Shown here piece after piece: positions 15,001 through 26,800 of a stretch of 64,000 nt of DNA. Every line of letters begins with the position of its first letter. Positions within the stretch are counted from its first letter, which is position 1. The DNA comes from Eledone cirrhosa (Eukaryota). The position numbers were made by a program, and so were the translations under genes. The notes beneath the pieces were generated by a model. It saw only the letters and a list, made by a program, of their open reading frames with translations, did no database searches and was not told the origin of the DNA. The stretch is from assembly GCA_964016885.1 (NCBI GenBank), contig OZ024745.1:3968001-4032000 (forward strand). Reading direction: 5' to 3'.

Positions 15001-18000
15001 GTCAAGGATGGATTGGCAGTGTCTAGATACTAGCTGGTGTTATTAGATTGGGATGTCAAGGATGGATTGGCAGCGTCTAGATACTAGCTTGTGTTATTAG
15101 ATTGGGATCAAGGATGGATTGGCAGTGTCTAGATACTAGCTGGTGTTATTAGATTGGGATGTCAAGGTTGGATTGGCAGTGTCTAGATACTAGCTGGTGT
15201 TATTAGATTGGGATGTCAAGGATGGATTGGCAGTGTCTAGATACTAGCTGGTGTTATTAGATTGGGATGTCAAGGATGGATTGGCAGTGTCTAGATACTA
15301 GCTGGTGTTATTAGATTGGGATCATGGATGGATTGGCAGTGTCTAGATACTAGCTGGTGTTATTAGATTGGGATCAAGGATGGATTGGCAATGTCTAGAT
15401 ACTAGCTGGTGTTATTAGATTGGGATGTCAAGGATGGATTGGCAGTGTCTAGATACTAGCTGCTGTTATTAGATTGGGATGTCAAGGATGGATTGGCAGT
15501 GTCTAGATACTAGCTGGTGTTATTAGATTGGGATGTCAAGGATGGATTGGCAGTGTCAAGATACTAGCTGGTGTTATTAGATTGGGATGTCAAGGATGGA
15601 TTGGCAGTGTCTAGATACTAGCTGCTGTTATTAGATTGGGATGTCAAGGATGGATTGGCAGTGTCTAGATACTAGCTGGTGTTATTAGATTGGGATGTCA
15701 AGGATGGATTGGCAGTGTCAAGATACTAGCTGGTGTTATTAGATTGGGATGTCAAGGATGGATTGGCAGTGTCAAGATACTAGCTGGTGTTATTAGATTG
15801 GGATGTCAAGGATGGATTGGCAGTGTCTAGATACTAGCTGCTGTTATTAGATTGGGATGTCAAGGATGGATTGGCAGTGTCTAGATACTAGCTGGTGTTA
15901 TTAGATTGGGATGTCAAGGATGGATTGGCAGTATCTAGATACTAGCTGGTGTTATTAGATTGGGATGTCAAGGATGGATTGGCAGTGTCTAGATACTAGC
16001 TGGTGTTATTAGATTGGGATGTCAAGGATGGATTGGCAGTGTCTAGATACTAGCTGGTGTTATTAGATTGGGATGTCAAGGATGGATTGGCAGTGTCTAG
16101 ATACTAGCTTGTGTTATTAGATTGGGATGTTAAGGATGGATTGGCAGTGTCAAGATACTAGCTGGTGTTATTAGATTGGGATGTCAAGGATGGATTGGCA
16201 GTGTCTAGATACTAGCTGGTGTTATTAGATTGGGATGTCAAGGATGGTTTGGCAGTGTCTAGATACTAGCTGGTGTTATTAGATTGGGATGTCAAGGATG
16301 GATTGGCAATGTCTAGATACTAGCTGGTGTTATTAGATTGGGATGTCAAGGATGGATTGGCAATGTCTAGATACTAGCTGGTGTTATTAGATTGGGATGT
16401 CAAGGATGGATTGGCAGTGTCTAGATACTAGCTTGTGTTATTAGATTGGGATGTCAAGGATGGATTGGCAATGTCTAGATACTAGCTGGTGTTTATTAGA
16501 TTGGGATGTCAAGGATGGATTGGCAATGTCTAGATACTAGCTTGTGTTATTAGATTGGGATCAAGGATGGATTGGCAGTGTCTAGATACTAGCTGGTGTT
16601 ATTAGATTGGGATCAAGGATGGATTGGCAGTGTCTAGATACTAGCTGGTGTTATTAGATTGGGATCAACGATGGATCGGCAGTGTCTAGATACTAGCTGG
16701 TGTTATTAGATTGGGATCAAGGATGGATTGGCAGTGTCTAGATACTAGCTGGTGTTATTAGATTGGGATCAAGGATGGATTGGCAGTGTCTAGATACTAG
16801 CTTGTGTTATTAGATTGGGATCAAGGATGGATTGGCAGTGTCTAGATACTAGCTGGTGTTATTAGATTGGGATCAAGGATGGATTGGCAGTGTCTAGATA
16901 CTAGCTGGTGTTATTAGATTGGGATCAAGGATGGATTGGCAGTGTCTAGATACTAGCTTGTGTTATTAGATTGGGATCAAGGATGGATTGGCAGTGTCTA
17001 GATACTAGCTGGTGTTATTAGATTGGGATCAAGGATGGATTGGCAGTGTCTAGATACTGGCTGGTGTTATTAGATTGGGATCAAGGATGGATTGGCAGTG
17101 TCTAGATACTAGCTGGTGTTATTAGATTGGGATGTCAAGAATTGATTGGCAATGTCTAGATACTAGCTGGTGTTATTAGATTGGGATGTCAAGGATGGAT
17201 TGGCAATGTCTAGATACTAGCTGGTGTTATTAGATTGGGATGTCAAGGATTGATTGGCAATGTCTAGATACTAGCTGGTGTTATTAGATTCGGATGTCAA
17301 GGATGGATTGGCAATGTCTAGATACTAGTTTGTGTTATTTGATTAGGATCAAGGATGGATTGGCAGTGTCTAGATACTAGCTCGTGTTATTAGATTGGGA
17401 TGTCAAGGATGGATTGGCAATGTCTAGATACTAGCTGGTGTTATTAGATTGAGATGTCAAGGATGGATTGGCAATGTCTAGATACTAGCTGGTGTTATTA
17501 TATTGGGATGTCAAGGATGGATTGGCAGTGTCTAGATACTAGCTTGTGTTATTAGATTGGGATGTCAAGGATGGATTGGCAGTGTCTAGATACTAGCTTG
17601 TGTTATTAGATTGGGATGTCAAGGATGGATTGGCAATGTTTAGATACTAGCTGGTGTTATTAGATTGGGATGTCAAGGATGGATTGGCAGTGTCTAGATA
17701 CTAGCTTGTGTTGTTAGATTGGGATGTCAAGAATGGATTGGCAATGTCTAGATACTAGCTGGTGTTATTAGATTGGGATGTCAAGGATGGATTGGCAGTG
17801 TCTAGATACTAGCTCATGTTATTAGATTGGGATGTCAAGGATGGATTGGCAGTGTCTAGATACTAGCAGGTGTTATTAGATTGGGATGTCAAGGATGGAT
17901 TGGTAGTGTATAGATACTAGCTCATGTTATTAGATTGGGATGTCAAGGATGGATTGGCAATGTCTAGATACTAGCTGGTGTTATTAGATTGGGATGTCAA

Positions 18001-20710
18001 GGATGGATTGGCAGTGTCTAGATACTAGCTCATGTTATTAGATTGGGATGTCAAGGATGGATTGGCAATGTCAAGATACTAGCTGGTGTTATTAGATTGG
18101 GATGTCAAGGATGGATTGGCAGTGTCTAGATACTAGCTCATGTTATTAGATTGGGATGTCAAGGATGGATTGGCAGTGTCTAGATACTAGCAGGTGTTAT
18201 TAGATTGGGATGTCAAGGATGGATTGGTAGTGTCTAGATACTAGCTCATGTTATTAGATTGGGATGTCAAGGATGGATTGGCAATGTCTAGATACTAGCT
18301 GGTGTTATTAGATTGGGATGTCAAGGATGGATTGGCAGTGTCTACATACTAGCTGGTGTTATTAGATTGGGATGTCAAGGATGGATTGGCAGTATCTAGA
18401 TACGAGCTGGTGTTATAAGATTGGGATGTCAAGGATGGATTGGCAGTGTCAAGATACTAGCTGGTGTTATTAGATTGGGATGTCAAGGATGGATTGGCAG
18501 TGTCTAGATACTAGCTTGTGTTATTAGATTGGGATGTCAAGGATGGATTGGCAGTGTCAAGATACTAGCTTGTGTTATTAGGTTGGGATGTCAAGGATGG
18601 ATTGGCAGTGTCTAGATAATAGCTTGTGTTATTAGATTGGGATGTCAAGGATGGATTGGCAATGTCTAGATACTAGCTTGTGTTATTAGATTGGGATGTC
18701 AAGGATGGATTGGCTGTGTCTAGATTCTAGCTTGTGTTATTAGATTGGGTGTCAAGGATGGATTGGCAATGTCTAGATACTAGCTGGTGTTATTAGATTG
18801 GGTGTCAAGGATGGATTGGCAATGTCTAGATACTAGCTGGTGTTATTAGATTGGGTGTCAAGGATGGATTGGCAATGTCTAGATACTAGCTGGTGTTATT
18901 AGATTGGGATGTCAAGGATGGATTGGCAGTGTCTAGATACTAGCTGGTGTTATTAGATTGGGTGTCAAGGATGGATTGGCAATGTCTAGATACTAGCTGG
19001 TGTTATTAGATTGGGATGTCAAGGATGGATTGGCAGTGTCTAGATACTAGCTTGTGTTATTAGATTGGGATGTCAAGGATGGATTGGCAATGTCTAGATA
19101 CTAGCTGGTGTTATTAGATTGGGATGTCAAGGATGGATTGGCAATGTCTAGATACTAGCTTGTGTTATTAGATTAGGATCAAGGATGGATTGGCAGTGTC
19201 AAGATACTAGCTCGTGTTATTAGATTGGGATGTCAAGGATGGATTGGCAATGTCTAGATACTAGCTGGTGTTATTAGATTGGGATGTCAAGGATGGATTG
19301 GCAATGTCTAGATACTAGCTTGTGTTATTAGATTAGGATCAAGGATGGATTGGCAGTGTCTAGATACTAGTTTGTGTTATTAGATTGGGATGTCAAGGAT
19401 GGATTGGCAATGTCTAGATACTAGCTTGTGTTATTAGATTGGGATGTCAAGGATGGATTGGCAGTGTCTAGATACTAGCTGGTGTTATTAGATTGGGATG
19501 TCAAGGATGGATTGGCAGTGTCAAGATACTAGCTGGTGTTATTAGATTGGGATGTCAAGGATTGATTGGCAGTGTCCAGATAATAGCTGGTGTTATTAGA
19601 TTGGGATGTCAAAGATGGATTGGCAGTGTCAAGATACTAGCTGGTGTTATTAGATTGGGATGTCAAGGATTGATTGGCAGTGTCCAGATAATAGCTGGTG
19701 TTATTAGATTGGGATGTCAAAGATGGATTGGCAGTGTCAAGATGCTAGCTGGTGTTATTAGATTGGGATGTCAAGGATGGATTGGCAGTATCTAGATACT
19801 AGCTGGTGTTATTAGATTGGGATGTCAAGGATGGATTGGCAGTGTCAAGATACTAGCTGGTGTTATTAGATTGGGATGTCAAGGATGGATTGGCAGTGTC
19901 TAGATACTAGCTGGTGTTATTAGATTGGGATGTCAAGGATGGATTGGCAGTGTCAAGATACTAGCTGGTGTTATTATATTGGGATGTCAAGGATGGATTG
20001 GCAGAGTCTAGATACTAGCTGGTGTTATTAGATTGGGATGTCAAGGATGGATTGGCAATGTCTAGATACTAGCTGGTGTTATTAGATTGGGATGTCAAGG
20101 ATGGATTGGCAATGTCTAGATACTAGCTGGTGTTATTAGATTGGGATGTCAAGGATGGATTGGCAGTGTCTAGATACTAGCTGGTGTTATTAGATTGGGA
20201 TGTCAAGGATGGATTGGCAATGTCTAGATACTAGCTGGTGTTATTACATTGGGATGTCAAGGATGGATTGGCAGTGTCTAGATACTAGCTGGTGTTATTA
20301 GATTGGGATGTCAAGGATGGATTGGCAGAGTCTAGATACTAGCTGGTGTTATTAGATTGGGATGTCAAGGATGGATTGGCAGAGTCTAGATACTAGCTGG
20401 TGTTATTAGATTGGGATGTCAAGGATGGATTGGCAATGTCTAGATACTAGCTGGTGTTATTAGATTGGGATGTCAAGGATGGATTGGCAGTGTCTAGATA
20501 CTAGCTGGTGTTATTAGATTGGGATGTCAAGGATGGATTGGCAGTGTCAAGATACTAGCTGGTGTTATTAGATTGGGTTGTCAAGGATGGATTGGCAGTG
20601 TCTAGATACTAGCTTGTGTTATTAGATTGGGATGTCAAGGATGGATTGGCAGTGTCTAGATACTAGCTGGTGTTATTAGATTGGGATGTCAAGGATGGAT
20701 TGGCAGTGTC
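1..20710. repeat. 54-bp satellite array, about 380 copies, continuing past the left edge; 52- and 55-bp variants
   Basis: Consensus unit is tagatactagctggtgttattagattgggatgtcaaggatggattggcagtgtc (54 nt). Variants include gggatcaagg (-2 nt) and gtgtttatta (+1 nt). The array ends at ...ggcagtgtc|gttagag, position 20710. Confidence 0.99.
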
Positions 20711-20906
20711 GTTAGAGTGTCAGACAAAATACTTTGTGGTATTTAGTTGTGACTTTCTACATTCTGAGTTTAAATACCACCAATGTCAACTTTGCTTTTC
20801 ATCTTTCTGAGGTTGATAAAGTACCAGTTATATACTGGGGTTGATGTAATCAACTTTCTCCTTCCCCCAAATTGCTGTCATTGTGCCTAAATTAGAAACC
20901 ATTATT
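20693..20906 (+). mobile_element. tRNA-derived SINE (family A), diverged; its head overlaps the last satellite unit
   Basis: Colinear with 50708-50895: degenerate B-box gagtttaaatacc, then caactttgcttttcatc, gataaagtaccagt and aattgctgtcattgtgcctaaattagaaacc. Confidence 0.85.
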
Positions 20907-21042
20907 TAAATGGAATTTAGAAAAGTTACAGAATACCTCTATTTTATTTTCTTTGGTTTTTGTCATTCTTTATTTTAATGGAAAGATTTGCTCCTTAGTC
21001 AATTTCTTGTCATTAAGTACACCAATCAAGTATAATCAACTA

Positions 21043-21430
21043 TCATCATCAGCAGCAGCATCTGTTTTACAAGTATGTTTCATACTTGTACAGGTTAGAT
21101 GGGTTGTCACACTGTCAGGTTTGACATACAAGTCACAAGATTGTGTCTTGATCATACGTTCCATTTTGTCATGGTTTTGACAGTTTGATGTCATTCCTAG
21201 TGCTAACCACTTTGTGACATGTATCAGGTTTATTTTCTCATAGCACTGCTACTATCACTTGACAGAATCAACTGCATGCTTTTTTGTGGCACCAATACTA
21301 TAGTGTGAGCTGTGTGTATTTTAGCATGGCACCAGCACTACCACTTCACATTGTGGGCTGGATGCATTTCATCATGACACTAACACTCCTACATTCCTGT
21401 GTAGGCTGAGTGCACTTTATTGTGGAGCCA
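21043..21430 (-). mobile_element. SINE-like element (family B), minus strand, with an RTE-type 3' tail
   Basis: The reverse complement gives gtggttagcactaggaatgacatc (compare gttggtgttaggaagggcatcc at 47646), several degenerate gctggtgcca...aaaa units, and a tail ccatctaacctgtacaagtatg...gatgatga. Confidence 0.65.
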
Positions 21431-21558
21431 AATTATTTTTTTGTTTATTTTTCATCAACTCCGTATTAGGATTTTGTTGTCTTTTCTCTATCTGTCTCTC
21501 ATCTGTAAGATTTATTTATGTTTACATTCTATATCAAATGTGAAGTAAGTGTAATCAT

Positions 21559-23150
21559 AGTCCACCCTGTAAGGTGATAATGCTGGTGTCACAACAAAAA
21601 TCAATAAGTCCACTCTGTAAGGTGGTAATGCTGGTGTCACAACAAAAATCAATAAGTTCACCCTGTAAGGTGGTAATGTTAGTGTTATGACAAAATGCTT
21701 CCAGTACATGCTGTAAAGTGGATGGCATTAAGAAAGGCATTCCTTGGAAACCAAGCCAAAAATGGAATGTATGAGCTAGAGATGATCACCTGATCAGTCT
21801 CAGAGTATTAAACCTATCTAACCCATGCAAGTATGAGCTAGAGATTATCACCTGATCAGTCTCAGAGTATTAAACCTATCTAACCCATGCAAGTATGAGC
21901 TAGAGATGATCACCTGATCAGTCTCAGAGTATTAAACCTATCTAACCCATGTAAGTATGAGCTAGAGATGATCACCTGATCATCTCAGAGTGTTAAACCT
22001 ATCTAACCCATGCAAGTATGAGCTAGAGATGATCACCTGATCAGTCTCAGAGTGTTAAACCTATCTAACCCATGCAAGTATGAGCTAGAGATTATCACCT
22101 GATCAGTCTCAGAGTGTTAAACCTATCTAACCCATGCAAGTATGAGCTAGAGATGATCACCTGATCAGTCTCAGAGTGTTAAACCTATCTAACCCATGCA
22201 AGTATGAGCTAGAGATTATCACCTGATCAGTCTCAGAGTGTTAAACCTATCTAACCCATGCAAGTATGAGCTAGAGATTATCACCTGGTCATCTCAGAGT
22301 GTTAAACCTATCTAACCCATGCAAGTATGAGCTAGAGATTATCACCTGGTCATCTCAGAGTGTTAAACCTATCTAACCCATGCAAGTATGAGCTAGAGAT
22401 TATCACCTGATCAGTCTCAGAGTGTTAAACCTATCTAACCCATGCAAGTATGAGCTAGAGATTATCACCTGGTCATCTCAGAGTGTTAAACCTATCTAAC
22501 CCATGCAAGTATGAGCTAGAGATTATCACCTGGTCATCTCAGAGTGTTAAACCTATCTAACCCATGCAAGTATGAGCTAGAGATTATCACCTGGTCATCT
22601 CAGAGTGTTAAACCTATTTAACCCATGCAAGTATGAGCTAGAGATGATCACCTGGTCATCTCAGAGTGTTACACCTATTTAACCCATGCAAGTATGAGCT
22701 AGAGATTATCACCTGGTCATCTCAGAGTGTTAAACCTATCTAACTCATGTAAGTATGAGCTAGAGATTATCACCTGATCAGTCTCAGAGTGTTAAACCTA
22801 TCTAACCCATGCAAGTATGAGCTCGAGATTATCACCTGATCATCTCAGAGTGTTAAACCTATTTAACCCATGCAAGTATGAGCTCGAGATTATCACCTGA
22901 TCAGTCTCAGAGTGTTAAACCTATCTAACCCATGCAAGTATGAGCTAGAGATTATCACCTGATCATCTCAGAGTGTTAAACCTATTTAACCCATGCAAGT
23001 ATGAGCTCGAGATTATCACCTGATCAGTCTCAGAGTGTTAAACCTATCTAACCCATGCAAGTATGAGCTAGAGATTATCACCTGGTCATCTCAGAGTGTT
23101 AAACCTATCTAACCCATTCATAGAAAACAAATGTTAAACTGATGAATGAC
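21559..23150 (+). mobile_element. SINE-like element (family B) with about 3 internal 48-bp repeats and an amplified 3' segment
   Basis: 48-bp units (gtccactctgtaaggtggtaatgctggtgtcacaacaaaaatcaataa) are followed by gtggatggcattaagaaaggcatt...gaaaccaagccaaaa, then the 62-bp array, then the tail gaaaacaaatgttaaactgatgaatg. The layout matches 47195-47720. Confidence 0.75.
21769..23117. repeat. 61/62-bp minisatellite, about 22 copies
   Basis: Unit is gtatgagctagagatgatcacctgatcagtctcagagtgttaaacctatctaacccatgcaa, with atgagctaga recurring at 21771 and 21833. Confidence 0.98.
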
Positions 23151-23223
23151 TAGAATGTTTTTTATAACAAGCAGTCTTTTATGTCCTAAATCTCTCTTGA
23201 CTGTATTTTTCATTTATTTCCAG

Positions 23224-23389
23224 ATAATTGAATATGAAAATAGAGTCCGAGCATATTCTACACCAGACAAGATATTCCGTTATTTTGCAACCTTGAAAGT
23301 TCATAATGCGGAGACAAGTGAATATGAAATTTGTATGACTCCATCTGATTTTGTGCGGTCAATAACTCCTGGGGTGAAACAACCTGATG
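23224..23389 (+). CDS. MICU1: Internal coding exon of calcium uptake protein 1, mitochondrial (166 nt, phase 0 to 1)
   Basis: Acceptor is ttttcatttatttccag| and donor is |gtaggt. The exon translates as [55 protein letters not shown], matching the recalled MICU1 segment [24 protein letters not shown]...[12 protein letters not shown]. Confidence 0.96.
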
Positions 23390-23885
23390 GTAGGTTTTTG
23401 TTTTTATCTCACACACATGTTCAATATGTCATATGTACACTGCTTCTCAGTTACTGATATAATTCTTTGATTTACTTTGTTGGATAACTCCCAGGTCAAC
23501 CATTAACCAAACACCTATATCTCTCCATGCTTGGCATCAATTAGCAGTCTCTGCTTCTAATGTCCAAGCCGACCCAAAACCACATTACTCCATGGGGTCC
23601 AGGATGTGAGCTTACTCTTTTTAACTCGACAATATAACAACAGATGTCTGTGATGATGTGTACCACAGCAACACAACTCTGACTTGGTTACCTGCACAGC
23701 ATGAGCAACATGATGGGGTGGCATAGATGAGTGTTGGATAGTAACAGATAACAAAGTTTGGTGATAAGTGAGAGTGATAAATTTCACATGATTAGGTGAT
23801 GGTTATCAGTAAAGAAGGATGATAGTAGGGGTCATTGTGGTGGTGGAGGGATTTGATAGAGATTGTCAATCCTTGTTACACACAG

Positions 23886-26800
23886 GTGGTGTGGTACAAT
23901 GGAGAGAGGGTGGTGTGGTGTGGTACAGTGGAGAGAGGGTGATGTGGTGTGGTACAGTGGAGAGAGGGTGATGTGGTGTGGTACAGTAGAGAGAGGGTGG
24001 TGTGGTACAGTGGAGAGAGGGTGATGTGGTGTGGTACAATGGAGAGAGGGTGATGTGGTGTGGTACAGTAGAGAGAGGGTGATGTGGTGTGGTACAGTGG
24101 AGAGAGGGTGGTGTGGTGTGGTACAATGGAGAGAGGGTGATGTGGTGTGGTACAGTGGAGAGAGGGTGGTGTGGTGTGGTACAGTGGAGAGAGGGTGGTG
24201 TGGTGTGGTACAGTGGGGAGAGGGTGGTGTGGTGTGGTACAGTGGAGAGAGGGTGGTGTGGTGTGGTACAGTGGAGAGAGGGTGGTGTGGTGTGGTACAG
24301 TGGAGAGAGGGTGGTGTGGTGTGGTACAGTGGGGAGAGGGTGGTGTGGTGTGGTACAGTGGAGAGAGGGTGGTGTGGTGTGGTACAGTGGGGAGAGGGTG
24401 ATGTGGTGTGGTACAGTGGAGAGAGGGTGGTGTGGTGTGGTACAATGGAGAGAGGGTGATGTGGTGTGGTACAGTGGAGAGAGGGTGATGTGGTACAGTG
24501 GAGAGAGGGTGATGTGGTGTGGTACAATGGAGAGAGGGTGATGTGGTGTGGTACAGTAGAGAGAGGGTGGTGTGGTGTGGTACAGTGGGGAGAGGGTGAT
24601 GTGGTGTGGTACAGTGGAGAGAGAGGGTGATGTGGTGTGGTACAATGGAGAGAGTGTGGTGTGGTACAGTGGGGAGAGGGTGATGTGGTGTGGTACAGTG
24701 GAGAGAGGGTGGTGTGGTGTGGTACAATGGAGAGAGGGTGGTGTGGTGTGGTACAGTGGAGAGAGGGTGGTGTGGTGTGGTACAGTGGAGAGAGGGTGAT
24801 GTGGTGTGGTACAATGGAGAGAGGGTGGTGTGGTGTGGTACAGTGGAGAGAGGGTGATGTGGTGTGGTACAATGGAGAGAGGGTGGTGTGGTGTGGTACA
24901 GTGGAGAGAGGGTGGTGTGGTGTGGTACAGTGGAGAGAGGGTGATGTGGTGTGGTACAATGGAGAGAGGGTGATGTGGTGTGGTACAGTGGAGAGAGGGT
25001 GGTGTGGTGTGGTACAGTGGAGAGAGGGTGATGTGGTGTGGTACAGTGGAGAGAGGGTGGTGTGGTGTGGTACAGTGGAGAGAGGGTGGTGTGGTGTGGT
25101 ACAGTGGAGAGAGGGTGATGTGGTGTGGTACAGTGGAGAGAGGGTGGTGTGGTGTGGTACAGTGGAGAGAGGGTGATGTGGTGTGGTACAGTGGAGAGAG
25201 GGTGGTGTGGTGTGGTACAGTGGAGAGAGGGTGGTGTGGTACAATGGAGAGAGGGTGGTGTGGTGTGGTACAGTGGAGAGAGGGTGATGTGGTGTGGTAC
25301 AGTGTAGAGAGGGTGATGTGGTGTGGTACAGTGGAGAGAGGGTGGTGTGGTGTGGTACAGTGGAGAGAGGGTGGTGTGGTGTGGTACAGTGGAGAGAGGG
25401 TGATGTGGTGTGGTACAGTAGAGAGAGGGTGATGTGGTGTGGTACAGTGGAGAGAGGGTGGTGTGGTGTGGTACAGTGGAGAGAGGGTGGTGTGGTGTGG
25501 TACAGTGGAGAGAGGGTGATGTGGTGTGGTACAGTGGAGAGAGGGTGATGTGGTGTGGTACAATGGAGAGAGGGTGATGTGGTGTGGTACAATGGAGAGA
25601 GGGTGATGTGGTGTGGTACAGTGGAGAGAGGGTGGTGTGGTGTGGTACAGTGGAGAGAGGGTGGTGTGGTGTGGTACAGTGGAGAGAGGGTGATGTGGTG
25701 TGGTACAGTAGAGAGAGGGTGGTGTGGTGTGGTACAGTGGAGAGAGGGTGATGTGGTGTGGTACAGTGGAGAGAGGGTGGTATGGTGTGGTACAGTGGAG
25801 AGAGGGTGATGTGGTGTGGTACAGTAGAGAGAGGGTGATGTGGTGTGGTACAGTAGAGAGAGGGTGATGTGGTGTGGTACAGTGGAGAGAGGGTGGTGTG
25901 GTACAGTGGAGAGAGGGTGGTGTGGTACAGTGGAGAGAGGGTGGTGTGGTGTGGTACAGTGGAGAGAGGGTGATGTGGTGTGGTACAGTGGAGAGAGGGT
26001 GGTGTGGTGTGGTACAATGGAGAGAGGGTGATGTGGTGTGGTACAGTGGAGAGAGGGTGATGTGGTGTGGTACAGTAGAGAGAGGGTGATGTGGTGTGGT
26101 ACAGTAGAGAGAGGGTGATGTGGTGTGGTACAGTGGAGAGAGGGTGGTGTGGTACAGTGGAGAGAGGGTGGTGTGGTACAGTGGAGAGAGGGTGGTGTGG
26201 TGTGGTACAGTGGAGAGAGGGTGATGTGGTGTGGTACAGTGGAGAGAGGGTGGTGTGGTGTGGTACAATGGAGAGAGGGTGATGTGGTGTGGTACAGTGG
26301 AGAGAGGGTGATGTGGTGTGGTACAGTAGAGAGAGGGTGATGTGGTGTGGTACAGTGGAGAGAGGGTGGTGTGGTGTGGTACAGTGGAGAGAGGGTGATG
26401 TGGTGTGGTACAGTGGAGAGAGGGTGATGTGGTGTGGTACAGTGGAGAGAGGGTGATGTGGTGTGGTACAGTAGAGAGAGGGTGATGTGGTGTGGTACAG
26501 TGGAGAGAGGGTGGTGTGGTGTGGTACAGTGGAGAGAGGGTGATGTGGTGTGGTACAGTGGAGAGAGGGTGATGTGGTGTGGTACAGTAGAGAGAGGGTG
26601 ATGTGGTGTGGTACAGTGGAGAGAGGGTGGTGTGGTGTGTTACAGTGGAGAGAGGGTGATGTGGTGTGGTACAGTGGAGAGAGGGTGATGTGGTGTGGTA
26701 CAGTGGAGAGAGGGTGATGTGGTGTGGTACAGTGGAGAGAGGGTGGTGTGGTGTGGCACAGTGGAGAGAGGGTGATGTGGTGTGGTACAGTGGAGAGAGG

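Noticed and set aside
1-20710. CRISPR-like periodicity and short GCQGWIGSV ORFs
   Set aside because: The repeats are contiguous with no unique spacers and no cas genes, in a eukaryotic context. The ORFs appear only where tag-to-aag or tac variants remove the stop.
23146-23457. 103-aa ORF as a complete gene
   Set aside because: Only 23224-23389 is MICU1-like and bounded by splice sites; the rest is intronic read-through.
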